NCBI GenBank assembly: GCA_040954595.2
Contig: CM082588.2
Coordinates: 11,855,398 to 11,919,397 of the forward strand
Length of the DNA stretch: 64,000 nt
Origin: Balanoglossus misakiensis
Lineage: Eukaryota; Animalia; Hemichordata
Reading direction: 5' to 3'
Every line of letters starts with the position of its first letter. Positions within the stretch are counted from its first letter, which is position 1. The notes under the pieces were generated by a model, which was not told the DNA's origin, did not search any database, and saw only the letters and a program-made list of their open reading frames with translations. Made by a program: the position numbers and the translations under genes. This document shows positions 28,801 to 43,800 of this stretch, piece after piece.

Positions 28801-31800
28801 AGGTGCTCTCCTCAGCTCAACTGCCACCAATAAACTGGCCCACAGCAGATGAGTTCATTTCAACAGGTGCCAAGCTCTTTGGCTAGAATAGATAAAATAT
28901 ATTGATGCCGCAATGAATGAATGAAAACAGTATGAATGACCAGTCAATGGAGCTCTCCAATGGCACGTAAGATCTGTCTTGAAATTGCAGAAAGTACTCT
29001 AATTTGAAACAGGGTTAAAGACCATACAACACACCCAGCAGTGAGGGCGCTTTAGTGCATGTACACAATTAATAATTGATGCAGGACGGCTTGCCAATTA
29101 AATGTCTATTTTACAGAAAATATAAGGTACTTTCTCCATTTCCATTACAGATCTAGAATAGGCAAATTTGCAATTACACTCACTCGCATGAATGAATGCT
29201 GGCATCTGTGGTGGGCGGCGTGGAACTTTACTTGGTGGCGTGCCGGGAAGGAAGGTGCTCTCCTCAGCTCAACTGCCACCAATAAACTGGCCCACAGCAG
29301 ATGAGTTCATTTCAACAGGTGCCAAGCTCTTCGGCTAGAATAGATAAAATATATTGATGCCGCAATGAATGAATGAAAACAGTATGAATGACCAGTCAAT
29401 GGAGCTCTCCAATGGCACGTAAGATTCTAGAATAGGCAAATTTGCAATTACACTCACTCGCATGAATGAATGCTGGCATCTGTGGTGGGCGGCGTGGAAC
29501 TTTACTTGGTGGCGTGCCGGAAAAGAAGGTGCTCTCCTCAGCTCAACTGCCACCAATAAACTGGCCCACAGCAGATGAGTTCATTTCAACAGGTGCCAAG
29601 CTCTTTGGCTAGAATAGATAAAATATATTGATGCCGCAATGAATGAATGAAAACAGTATGAATGACCAGTCAATGGAGCTCTCCAATGGCACGTAAGATC
29701 TGTCTTGAAATTGCAGAAAGTACTCTAATTTGAAACAGGGTTAAAGACCATACAACACACCCAGCAGTGAGGGCGCTTTAGTGCATGTACACAATTAATA
29801 ATTGATGCAGGACGGCTTGCCAATTAAATGTCTATTTTACAGAAAATATAAGGTACTTTCTCCATTTCCATTACAGATCTAGAATAGGCAAATTTGCAAT
29901 TACACTCACTCGCATGAATGAATGCTGGCATCTGTGGTGGGCGGCGTGGAACTTTACTTGGTGGCGTGCCGGGAAGGAAGGTGCTCTCCTCAGCTCAACT
30001 GCCACCAATAAACTGGCCCACAGCAGATGAGTTCATTTCAACAGGTGCCAAGCTCTTTGGCTAGAATAGATAAAATATATTGATGCCGCAATGAATGAAT
30101 GAAAACAGTATGAATGACCAGTCAATGGAGCTCTCCAATGGCACGTAAGAATTCTAGAATAGGCAAATTTGCAATTACACTCACTCGCATGAATGAATGC
30201 TGGCATCTGTGGTGGGCGGCGTGGAACTTTACTTGGTGGCGTGCCGGGAAGGAAGGTGCTCTCCTCAGCTCAACTGCCACCAATAAACTGGCCCACAGCA
30301 GATGAGTTCATTTCAACAGGTGCCAAGCTCTTTGGCTAGAATAGATAAAATATATTGATGCCGCAATGAATGAATGAAAACAGTATGAATGACCAGTCAA
30401 TGGAGCTCTCCAATGGCACGTAAGATCTGTCTTGAAATTGCAGAAAGTACTCTAATTTGAAACAGGGTTAAAGACCATACAACACACCCAGCAGTGAGGG
30501 CGCTTTAGTGCATGTACACAATTAATAATTGATGCAGGACGGCTTGCCAATTAAATGTCTATTTTACAGAAAATATAAGGTACTTTCTCCATTTCCATTA
30601 CAGATCTAGAATAGGCAAATTTGCAATTACACTCACTCGCATGAATGAATGCTGGCATCTGTGGTGGGCGGCGTGGAACTTTACTTGGTGGCGTGCCGGG
30701 AAGGAAGGTGCTCTCCTCAGCTCAACTGCCACCAATAAACTGGCCCACAGCAGATGAGTTCATTTCAACAGGTGCCAAGCTCTTTGGCTAGAATAGATAA
30801 AATATATTGATGCCGCAATGAATGAATGAAAACAGTATGAATGACCAGTCAATGGAGCTCTCCAATGGCACGTATGATTCTAGAATAGGCAAATTTGCAA
30901 TTACACTCACTCGCATGAATGAATGCTGGCATCTGTGGTGGGCGGCGTGGAACTTTACTTGGTGGCGTGCCGGGAAGGAAGGTGCTCTCCTCAGCTCAAC
31001 TGCCACCAATAAACTGGCCCACAGCAGATGAGTTCATTTCAACAGGTGCCAAGCTCTTTGGCTAGAATAGATAAAATATATTGATGCCGCAATGAATGAA
31101 TGAAAACAGTATGAATGACCAGTCAATGGAGCTCTCCAATGGCACGTAAGATTTTAGAATAGGCAAATTTGCAATTACACTCACTCGCATGAATGAATGC
31201 TGGCATCTGTGGTGGGCGGCGTGGAAATTTACTTGGTGGCGTGCCGGGAAAGAAGGTGCTCTCCTCAGCTCAACTGCCACCAATAAACTGGCCCACAGCA
31301 GATGAGTTCATTTCAACAGGTGCCAAGCTCTTTGGCTAGAATAGATAAAATATATTGATGCCGCAATGAATGAATGAAAACAGTATGAATGACCAGTCAA
31401 TGGAGCTCTCCAATGGCACGTAAGAATAGAATAGGCAAATTTGCAATTACACTCACTCGCATGAATGAATGCTGGCATCTGTGGTGGGCGGCGTGGAACT
31501 TTACTTGGTGGCGTGCCGGGAAGGAAGGTGCTCTCCTCAGCTCAACTGCCACCAATAAACTGGCCCACAGCAGATGAGTTCATTTCAACAGGTGCCAAGC
31601 TCTTTGGCTAGAATAGATAAAATATATTGATGCCGCAATGAATGAATGAAAACAGTATGAATGACCAGTCAATGGAGCTCTCCAATGGCACATAAGATCT
31701 GTCTTGAAATTGCAGAAAGTACTCTAATTTGAAAAAGGGTTAAAGACCATACAACACACCCAGCAGTGAGGGCGCTTTAGTGCATGTACACAATTAATAA

Positions 31801-34800
31801 TTGATGCAGGACGGCTTGCCAATTAAATGTCTATTTTACAGAAAATATAAGGTACTTTCTCCATTTCCATTACAGATCTAGAATAGGCAAATTTGCAATT
31901 ACACTCACTCGCATGAATGAATGCTGGCATCTGTGGTGGGCGGCGTGGAACTTTACTTGGTGGCGTGCCGGGAAGGAAGGTGCTCTCCTCAGCTCAACTG
32001 CCACCAATAAACTGGCCCACAGCAGATGAGTTCATTTCAACAGGTGCCAAGCTCTTTGGCTAGAATAGATAAAATATATTGATGCCGCAATGAATGAATG
32101 AAAACAGTATGAATGACCAGTCAATGGAGCTCTCCAATGGCACGTAAGATCTGTCTTGAAATTGCAGAAAGTACTCTAATTTGAAACAGGGTTAAAGACC
32201 ATACAACACACCCAGCAGTGAGGGCGCTTTAGTGCATGTACACAATTAATAATTGATGCAGGACGGCTTGCCAATTAAATGTCTATTTTACAGAAAATAT
32301 AAGGTACTTTCTCCATTTCCATTACAGAATTCTAGAATAGGCAAATTTGCAATTACACTCACTCGCATGAATGACTGCTGGCATCTGTGGTGGGCGGCGT
32401 GGAACTTTACTTGGTGGCGTGCCGGGAAGGAAGGTGCTCTCTTCAGCTCAACTGCCACCAATAAACTGGCCCACAGCAGATGAGTTCATTTCAACAGGTG
32501 CCAAGCTCTTTGGCTAGAATAGATAAAATATATTGATGCCGCAATGAATGAATGAAAACAGTATGAATGACCAGTCAATGGAGCTCTCCAATGGCACGTA
32601 AGATTCTAGAATAGGCAAATTTGCAATTACACTCACTCGCATGAATGAATGCTGGCATCTGTGGTGGGCGGCGTGGAACTTTACTTGGTGGCGTGCCGGG
32701 AAGGAAGGTGCTCTCCTCAGCTCAACTGCCACCAATAAACTGGCCCACAGCAGATGAGTTCATTTCAACAGGTGCCAAGCTCTTTGGCTAGAATAGATAA
32801 AATATATTGATGCCGCAATGAATGAATGAAAACAGTATGAATGACCAGTCAATGGAGCTCTCCAATGGCACGTAAGATTCTAGAATAGGCAAATTTGCAA
32901 TTACACTCACTCGCATGAATGAATGCTGGCATCTGTGGTGGGCGGCGTGGAACTTTACTTGGTGGCGTGCCGGGAAGGAAGGTGCTCTCCTCAGCTCAAC
33001 TGCCACCAATAAACTGGCCCACAGCAGATGAGTTCATTTCAACAGGTGCCAAGCTCTTTGGCTAGAATAGATAAAATATATTGATGCCGCAATGAATGAA
33101 TGAAAACAGTATGAATGACCAGTCAATGGAGCTCTCCAATGGCACGTAAGATCTGTCTTGAAATTGCAGAAAGTACTCTAATTTGAAACAGGGTTAAAGA
33201 CCATACAACACACCCAGCAGTGAGGGCGCTTTAGTGCATGTACACAATTAATAATTGATGCAGGACGGCTTGCCAATTAAATGTCTATTTTACAGAAAAT
33301 ATAAGGTACTTTCTCCATTTCCATTACAGATCTAGAATAGGCAAATTTGCAATTACACTCACTCGCATGAATGAATGCTGGCATCTGTGGTGGGCGGCGT
33401 GGAACTTTACTTGGTGGCGTGCCGGGAAGGAAGGTGCTCTCCTCAGCTCAACTGCCACCAATAAACTGGCCCACAGCAGATGAGTTCATTTCAACAGGTG
33501 CCAAGCTCTTTGGCTAGAATAGATAAAATATATTGATGCCGCAATGAATGAATGAAAACAGTATGAATGACCAGTCAATGGAGCTCTCCAATGGCACGTA
33601 AGATCTGTCTTGAAATTGCAGAAAGTACTCTAATTTGAAACAGGGTTAAAGACCATACAACACACCCAGCAGTGAGGGCGCTTTAGTGCATGTACACAAT
33701 TAATAATTGATGCAGGACGGCTTGCCAATTAAATGTCTATTTTACAGAAAATATAAGGTACTTTCTCCATTTCCATTACAGATCTAGAATAGGCAAATTT
33801 GCAATTACACTCACTCGCATGAATGAATGCTGGCATCTGTGGTGGGCGGCGTGGAACTTTACTTGGTGGCGTGCCGGGAAGGAAGGTGCTCTCCTCAGCT
33901 CAACTGCCACCAATAAACTGGCCAACAGCAGATGAGTTCATTTCAACAGGTGCCAAGCTCTTTGGCTAGAATAGATAAAATATATTGATGCCGCAATGAA
34001 TGAATGAAAACAGTATGAATGACCAGTCAAAGGAGCTCTCCAATGGCACGTAAGAATTTCTAGAATAGGCAAATTTGCAATTACACTCACTCGCATGAAT
34101 GAATGCTGGCATCTGTGGTGGGCGGCGTGGAACTTTACTTGGTGGCGTGCCGGGAAGGAAGGTGCTCTCCTCAGCTCAACTGCCACCAATAAACTGGCCC
34201 ACAGCAGATGAGTTCATTTCAACAGGTGCCAAGCTCTTTGGCTAGAATAGATAAAATATATTGATGCCGCAATGAATGAATGAAAACAGTATGAATGACC
34301 AGTCAATGGAGCTCTCCAATGGCACGTAAGATTCTAGAATAGGCAAATTTGCAATTACACTCACTCGCATGAATGAATGCTGGCATCTGTGGTGGGCGGC
34401 GTGGAACTTTACTTGGTGGCGTGCCGGGAAGGAAGGTGCTCTCCTCAGCTCAACTGCCACCAATAAACTGGCCCACAGCAGATGAGTTCATTTCAACAGG
34501 TGCCAAGCTCTTTGGCTAGAATAGATAAAATATATTGATGCCGCAATGAATGAATGAAAACAGTATGAATGACCAGTCAATGGAGCTCTCCAATGGCACG
34601 TAAGAATTCTAGAATAGGCAAATTTGCAATTACACTCACTCGCATGAATGAATGCTGGCATCTGTGGTGGGCGGCGTGGAACTTTACTTGGTGGCGTGCC
34701 GGGAAGGAAGGTGCTCTCCTCAGCTCAACTGCCACCAATAAACTGGCCCACAGCAGATGAGTTCATTTCAACAGGTGCCAAGCTCTTTGGCTAGAATAGA

Positions 34801-37800
34801 TAAAATATATTGATGCCGCAATGAATGAATGAAAACAGTATGAATGACCAGTCAATGGAGCTCTCCAATGGCACGTAAGATCTGTCTTGAAATTGCAGAA
34901 AGTACTCTAATTTGAAACAGGGTTAAAGACCATACAACACACCCAGCAGTGAGGGCGCTTTAGTGCATGTACACAATTAATAATTGATGCAGGACGGCTT
35001 GCCAATTAAATGTCTATTTTACAGAAAATATAAGGTACTTTCTCCATTTCCATTACAGAATTCTAGAATAGGCAAATTTGCAATTACACTCACTCGCATG
35101 AATGAATGCTGGCATCTGTGGTGGGCGGCGTGGAACTTTACTTGGTGGCGTGCCGGGAAGGAAGGTGCTCTCCTCAGCTCAACTGCCACCAATAAACTGG
35201 CCCACAGCAGATGAGTTCATTTCAACAGGTGCCAAGCTCTTTGGCTAGAATAGATAAAATATATTGATGCCGCAATGAATGAATGAAAACAGTATGAATG
35301 ACCAGTCAATGGAGCTCTCCAATGGCACGTAAGATTCTAGAATAGGCAAATTTGCAATTACACTCACTCGCATGAATGAATGCTGGCATCTGTGGTGGGC
35401 GGCGTGGAACTTTACTTGGTGGCGTGCCGGGAAGGAAGGTGCTCTCCTCAGCTCAACTGCCACCAATAAACTGGCCCACAGCAGATGAGTTCATTTCAAC
35501 AGGTGCCAAGCTCTTCGGCTAGAATAGATAAAATATATTGATGCCGCAATGAATGAATGAAAACAGTATGAATGACCAGTCAATGGAGCTCTCCAATGGC
35601 ACGTAAGAATTCTAGAATAGGCAAATTTGCAATTACACTCACTCGCATGAATGAATGCTGGCATCTGTGGTGGGCGGCGTGGAACTTTACTTGGTGGCGT
35701 GCCGGGAAGGAAGGTGCTCTCCTCAGCTCAACTGCCACCAATAAACTGGCCCACAGCAGATGAGTTCATTTCAACAGGTGCCAAGCTCTTTGGCTAGAAT
35801 AGATAAAATATATTGATGCCGCAATGAATGAATGAAAACAGTATGAATGACCAGTCAATGGAGCTCTCCAATGGCACGTAAGATCTGTCTTGAAATTGCA
35901 GAAAGTACTCTAATTTGAAACAGGGTTAAAGACCATACAACACACCCAGCAGTGAGGGCGCTTTAGTGCATGTACACAATTAATAATTGATGCAGGACGG
36001 CTTGCCAATTAAATGTCTATTTTACAGAAAATATAAGGTACTTTCTCCATTTCCATTACAGAATTCTAGAATAGGCAAATTTGCAATTACACTCACTCGC
36101 ATGAATGAATGCTGGCATCTGTGGTGGGCGGCGTGGAACTTTACTTGGTGGCGTGCCGGGAAGGAAGGTGCTCTCCTCAGCTCAACTGCCACCAATAAAC
36201 TGGCCCACAGCAGATGAGTTCATTTCAACAGGTGCCAAGCTCTTTGGCTAGAATAGATAAAATATATTGATGCCGCAATGAATGAATGAAAACAGTATGA
36301 ATGACCAGTCAATGGAGCTCTCCAATGGCACGTAAGATTCTAGAATAGGCAAATTTGCAATTACACTCACTCGCATGAATGAATGCTGGCATCTGTGGTG
36401 GGCGGCGTGGAACTTTACTTGGTGGCGTGCCGGGAAGGAAGGTGCTCTCCTCAGCTCAACTGCCACCAATAAACTGGCCCACAGCAGATGAGTTCATTTC
36501 AACAGGTGCCAAGCTCTTCGGCTAGAATAGATAAAATATATTGATGCCGCAATGAATGAATGAAAACAGTATGAATGACCAGTCAATGGAGCTCTCCAAT
36601 GGCACGTAAGATTCTAGAATAGGCAAATTTGCAATTACACTCACTCGCATGAATGAATGCTGGCATCTGTGGTGGGCGGCGTGGAACTTTACTTGGTGGC
36701 GTGCCGGGAAAGAAGGTGCTCTCCTCAGCTCAACTGCCACCAATAAACTGGCCCACAGCAGATGAGTTCATTTCAACAGGTGCCAAGCTCTTTGGCTAGA
36801 ATAGATAAAATATATTGATGCCGCAATGAATGAATGAAAACAGTATGAATGACCAGTCAATGGAGCTCTCCAATGGCACGTAAGATCTGTCTTGAAATTG
36901 CAGAAAGTACTCTAATTTGAAACAGGGTTAAAGACCATACAACACACCCAGCAGTGAGGGCGCTTTAGTGCATGTACACAATTAATAATTGATGCAGGAC
37001 GGCTTGCCAATTAAATGTCTATTTTACAGAAAATATAAGGTACTTTCTCCATTTCCATTACAGATCTAGAATAGGCAAATTTGCAATTACACTCACTCGC
37101 ATGAATGAATGCTGGCATCTGTGGTGGGCGGCGTGGAACTTTACTTGGTGGCGTGCCGGGAAGGAAGGTGCTCTCCTCAGCTCAACTGCCACCAATAAAC
37201 TGGCCCACAGCAGATGAGTTCATTTCAACAGGTGCCAAGCTCTTTGGCTAGAATAGATAAAATATATTGATGCCGCAATGAATGAATGAAAACAGTATGA
37301 ATGACCAGTCAATGGAGCTCTCCAATGGCACGTAAGAATTCTAGAATAGGCAAATTTGCAATTACACTCACTCGCATGAATGAATGCTGGCATCTGTGGT
37401 GGGCGGCGTGGAACTTTACTTGGTGGCGTGCCGGGAAGGAAGGTGCTCTCCTCAGCTCAACTGCCACCAATAAACTGGCCCACAGCAGATGAGTTCATTT
37501 CAACAGGTGCCAAGCTCTTTGGCTAGAATAGATAAAATATATTGATGCCGCAATGAATGAATGAAAACAGTATGAATGACCAGTCAATGGAGCTCTCCAA
37601 TGGCACGTAAGAATTCTAGAATAGGCAAATTTGCAATTACACTCACTCGCATGAATGAATGCTGGCATCTGTGGTGGGCGGCGTGGAACTTTACTTGGTG
37701 GCGTGCCGGGAAGGAAGGTGCTCTCCTCAGCTCAACTGCCACCAATAAACTGGCCCACAGCAGATGAGTTCATTTCAACAGGTGCCAAGCTCTTTGGCTA

Positions 37801-40800
37801 GAATAGATAAAATATATTGATGCCGCAATGAATGAATGAAAACAGTATGAATGACCAGTCAATGGAGCTCTCCAATGGCACGTAAGAATTCTAGAATAGG
37901 CAAATTTGCAATTACACTCACTCGCATGAATGAATGCTGGCATCTGTGGTGGGCGGCGTGGAACTTTACTTGGTGGCGTGCCGGGAAGGAAGGTGCTCTC
38001 CTCAGCTCAACTGCCACCAATAAACTGGCCCACAGCAGATGAGTTCATTTCAACAGGTGCCAAGCTCTTTGGCTAGAATAGATAAAATATATTGATGCCG
38101 CAATGAATGAATGAAAACAGTATGAATGACCAGTCAATGGAGCTCTCCAATGGCACGTAAGATTCTAGAATAGGCAAATTTGCAATTACACTCACTCGCA
38201 TGAATGAATGCTGGCATCTGTGGTGGGCGGCGTGGAACTTTACTTGGTGGCGTGCCGGGAAGGAAGGTGCTCTCCTCAGCTCAACTGCCACCAATAAACT
38301 GGCCCACAGCAGATGAGTTCATTTCAACAGGTGCCAAGCTCTTCGGCTAGAATAGATAAAATATATTGATGCCGCAATGAATGAATGAAAACAGTATGAA
38401 TGACCAGTCAATGGAGCTCTCCAATGGCACGTAAGATTCTAGAATAGGCAAATTTGCAATTACACTCACTCGCATGAATGAATGCTGGCATCTGTGGTGG
38501 GCGGCGTGGAACTTTACTTGGTGGCGTGCCGGGAAAGAAGGTGCTCTCCTCAGCTCAACTGCCACCAATAAACTGGCCCACAGCAGATGAGTTCATTTCA
38601 ACAGGTGCCAAGCTCTTTGGCTAGAATAGATAAAATATATTGATGCCGCAATGAATGAATGAAAACAGTATGAATGACCAGTCAATGGAGCTCTCCAATG
38701 GCACGTAATTCTAGAATAGGCAAATTTGCAATTACACTCACTCGCATGAAAGAATGCTGGCATCTGTGGTGGGCGGCGTGGAACTTTACTTGGTGGCGTG
38801 CCGGGAAGGAAGGTGCTCTCCTCAGCTCAACTGCCACCAATAAACTGGCCCACAGCAGATGAGTTCATTTCAACAGGTGCCAAGCTCTTTGGCTAGAATA
38901 GATAAAATATATTGATGCCGCAATGAATGAATGAAAACAGTATGAATGACCAGTCAATGGAGCTCTCCAATGGCACGTAAGATCTGTCTTGAAATTGCAG
39001 AAAGTACTCTAATTTGAAACAGGGTTAAAGACCATACAACACACCCAGCAGTGAGGGCGCTTTAGTGCATGTACACAATTAATAATTGATGCAGGACGGC
39101 TTGCCAATTAAATGTCTATTTTACAGAAAATATAAGGTACTTTCTCCATTTCCATTACAGATCTAGAATAGGCAAATTTGCAATTACACTCACTCGCATG
39201 AATGAATGCTGGCATCTGTGGTGGGCGGCGTGGAACTTTACTTGGTGGCGTGCCGGGAAGGAAGGTGCTCTCCTCAGCTCAACTGCCACCAATAAACTGG
39301 CCCACAGCAGATGAGTTCATTTCAACAGGTGCCAAGCTCTTTGGCTAGAATAGATAAAATATATTGATGCCGCAATGAATGAATGAAAACAGTATGAATG
39401 ACCAGTCAATGGAGCTCTCCAATGGCACGTAAGATTCTAGAATAGGCAAATTTGCAATTACACTCACTCGCATGAATGAATGCTGGCATCTGTGGTGGGC
39501 GGCGTGGAACTTTACTTGGTGGCGTGCCGGGAAGGAAGGTGCTCTCCTCAGCTCAACTGCCACCAATAAACTGGCCCACAGCAGATGAGTTCATTTCAAC
39601 AGGTGCCAAGCTCTTCGGCTAGAATAGATAAAATATATTGATGCCGCAATGAATGAATGAAAACAGTATGAATGACCAGTCAATGGAGCTCTCCAATGGC
39701 ACGTAAGATTCTAGAATAGGCAAATTTGCAATTACACTCACTCGCATGAATGAATGCTGGCATCTGTGGTGGGCGGCGTGGAACTTTACTTGGTGGCGTG
39801 CCGGGAAAGAAGGTGCTCTCCTCAGCTCAACTGCCACCAATAAACTGGCCCACAGCAGATGAGTTCATTTCAACAGGTGCCAAGCTCTTTGGCTAGAATA
39901 GATAAAATATATTGATGCCGCAATGAATGAATGAAAACAGTATGAATGACCAGTCAATGGAGCTCTCCAATGGCACGTAAGATCTGTCTTGAAATTGCAG
40001 AAAGTACTCTAATTTGAAACAGGGTTAAAGACCATACAACACACCCAGCAGTGAGGGCGCTTTAGTGCATGTACACAATTAATAATTGATGCAGGACGGC
40101 TTGCCAATTAAATGTCTATTTTACAGAAAATATAAGGTACTTTCTCCATTTCCATTACAGATCTAGAATAGGCAAATTTGCAATTACACTCACTCGCATG
40201 AATGAATGCTGGCATCTGTGGTGGGCGGCGTGGAACTTTACTTGGTGGCGTGCCGGGAAGGAAGGTGCTCTCCTCAGCTCAACTGCCACCAATAAACTGG
40301 CCCACAGCAGATGAGTTCATTTCAACAGGTGCCAAGCTCTTTGGCTAGAATAGATAAAATATATTGATGCCGCAATGAATGAATGAAAACAGTATGAATG
40401 ACCAGTCAATGGAGCACTCCAATGGCACGTAAGATCTGTCTTGAAATTGCAGAAAGTACTCTAATTTGAAACAGGGTTAAAGACCATACAACACACCCAG
40501 CAGTGAGGGCGCTTTAGTGCATGTACACAATTAATAATTGATGCAGGACGGCTTGCCAATTAAATGTCTATTTTACAGAAAATATAAGGTACTTTCTCCA
40601 TTTCCATTACAGATCTAGAATAGGCAAATTTGCAATTACACTCACTCGCATGAATGAATGCTGGCATCTGTGGTGGGCGGCGTGGAACTTTACTTGGTGG
40701 CGTGCCGGGAAGGAAGGTGCTCTCCTCAGCTCAACTGCCACCAATAAACTGGCCCACAGCAGATGAGTTCATTTCAACAGGTGCCAAGCTCTTTGGCTAG

Positions 40801-43800
40801 AATAGATAAAATATATTGATGCCGCAATGAATGAATGAAAACAGTATGAATGACCAGTCAATGGAGCTCTCCAATGGCACGTAAGATCTGTCTTGAAATT
40901 GCAGAAAGTACTCTAATTTGAAACAGGGTTAAAGACCATACAACACACCCAGCAGTGAGGGCGCTTTAGTGCATGTACACAATTAATAATTGATGCAGGA
41001 CGGCTTGCCAATTAAATGTCTATTTTACAGAAAATATAAGGTACTTTCTCCATTTCCATTACAGATCTAGAATAGGCAAATTTGCAATTACACTCACTCG
41101 CATGAATGAATGCTGGCATCTGTGGTGGGCGGCGTGGAACTTTACTTGGTGGCGTGCCGGGAAGGAAGGTGCTCTCCTCAGCTCAACTGCCACCAATAAA
41201 CTGGCCCACAGCAGATGAGTTCATTTCAACAGGTGCCAAGCTCTTTGGCTAGAATAGATAAAATATATTGATGCCGCAATGAATGAATGAAAACAGTATG
41301 AATGACCAGTCAATGGAGCTCTCCAATGGCACGTAAGATTCTAGAATAGGCAAATTTGCAATTACACTCACTCGCATGAATGAATGCTGGCATCTGTGGT
41401 GGGCGGCGTGGAACTTTACTTGGTGGCGTGCCGGGAAGGAAGGTGCTCTCCTCAGCTCAACTGCCACCAATAAACTGGCCCACAGCAGATGAGTTCATTT
41501 CAACAGGTGCCAAGCTCTTCGGCTAGAATAGATAAAATATATTGATGCCGCAATGAATGAATGAAAACAGTATGAATGACCAGTCAATGGAGCTCTCCAA
41601 TGGCACGTAAGATTCTAGAATAGGCAAATTTGCAATTACACTCACTCGCATGAATGAATGCTGGCATCTGTGGTGGGCGGCGTGGAACTTTACTTGGTGG
41701 CGTGCCGGGAAAGAAGGTGCTCTCCTCAGCTCAACTGCCACCAATAAACTGGCCCACAGCAGATGAGTTCATTTCAACAGGTGCCAAGCTCTTTGGCTAG
41801 AATAGATAAAATATATTGATGCCGCAATGAATGAATGAAAACAGTATGAATGACCAGTCAATGGAGCTCTCCAATGGCACGTAAGATCTGTCTTGAAATT
41901 GCAGAAAGTACTCTAATTTGAAACAGGGTTAAAGACCATACAACACACCCAGCAGTGAGGGCGCTTTAGTGCATGTACACAATTAATAATTGATGCAGGA
42001 CGGCTTGCCAATTAAATGTCTATTTTACAGAAAATATAAGGTACTTTCTCCATTTCCATTACAGATCTAGAATAGGCAAATTTGCAATTACACTCACTCG
42101 CATGAATGAATGCTGGCATCTGTGGTGGGCGGCGTGGAACTTTACTTGGTGGCGTGCCAGGAAGGAAGGTGCTCTCCTCAGCTCAACTGCCACCAATAAA
42201 CTGGCCCACAGCAGATGAGTTCATTTCAACAGGTGCCAAGCTCTTTGGCTAGAATAGATAAAATATATTGATGCCGCAATGAATGAATGAAAACAGTATG
42301 AATGACCAGTCAATGGAGCTCTCCAATGGCACGTAAGATCTGTCTTGAAATTGCAGAAAGTACTCTAATTTGAAACAGGGTTAAAGACCATACAACACAC
42401 CCAGCAGTGAGGGCGCTTTAGTGCATGTACACAATTAATAATTGATGCAGGACGGCTTGCCAATTAAATGTCTATTTTACAGAAAATATAAGGTACTTTC
42501 TCCATTTCCATTACAGATCTAGAATAGGCAAATTTGCAATTACACTCACTCGCATGAATGAATGCTGGCATCTGTGGTGGGCGGCGTGGAACTTTACTTG
42601 GTGGCGTGCCGGGAAGGAAGGTGCTCTCCTCAGCTCAACTGCCACCAATAAACTGGCCCACAGCAGATGAGTTCATTTCAACAGGTGCCAAGCTCTTTGG
42701 CTAGAATAGATAAAATATATTGATGCCGCAATGAATGAATGAAAACAGTATGAATGACCAGTCAATGGAGCTCTCCAATGGCACGTAAGATCTGTCTTGA
42801 AATTGCAGAAAGTACTCTAATTTGAAACAGGGTTAAAGACCATACAACACACCCAGCAGTGAGGGCGCTTTAGTGCATGTACACAATTAATAATTGATGC
42901 AGGACGGCTTGCCAATTAAATGTCTATTTTACAGAAAATATAAGGTACTTTCTCCATTTCCATTACAGATCTAGAATAGGCAAATTTGCAATTACACTCA
43001 CTCGCATGAATGAATGCTGGCATCTGTGGTGGGCGGCGTGGAACTTTACTTGGTGGCGTGCCGGGAAGGAAGGTGCTCTCCTCAGCTCAACTGCCACCAA
43101 TAAACTGGCCCACAGCAGATGAGTTCATTTCAACAGGTGCCAAGCTCTTTGGCTAGAATAGATAAAATATATTGATGCCGCAATGAATGAATGAAAACAG
43201 TATGAATGACCAGTCAATGGAGCTCTCCAATGGCACGTAAGATTCTAGAATAGGCAAATTTGCAATTACACTCACTCGCATGAATGAATGCTGGCATCTG
43301 TGGTGGGCGGCGTGGAACTTTACTTGGTGGCGTGCCGGGAAGGAAGGTGCTCTCCTCAGCTCAACTGCCACCAATAAACTGGCCCACAGCAGATGAGTTC
43401 ATTTCAACAGGTGCCAAGCTCTTCGGCTAGAATAGATAAAATATATTGATGCCGCAATGAATGAATGAAAACAGTATGAATGACCAGTCAATGGAGCTCT
43501 CCAATGGCACGTAAGATTCTAGAATAGGCAAATTTGCAATTACACTCACTCGCATGAATGAATGCTGGCATCTGTGGTGGGCGGCGTGGAACTTTACTTG
43601 GTGGCGTGCCGGGAAAGAAGGTGCTCTCCTCAGCTCAACTGCCACCAATAAACTGGCCCACAGCAGATGAGTTCATTTCAACAGGTGCCAAGCTCTTTGG
43701 CTAGAATAGATAAAATATATTGATGCCGCAATGAATGAATGAAAACAGTATGAATGACCAGTCAATGGAGCTCTCCAATGGCACGTAAGATCTGTCTTGA

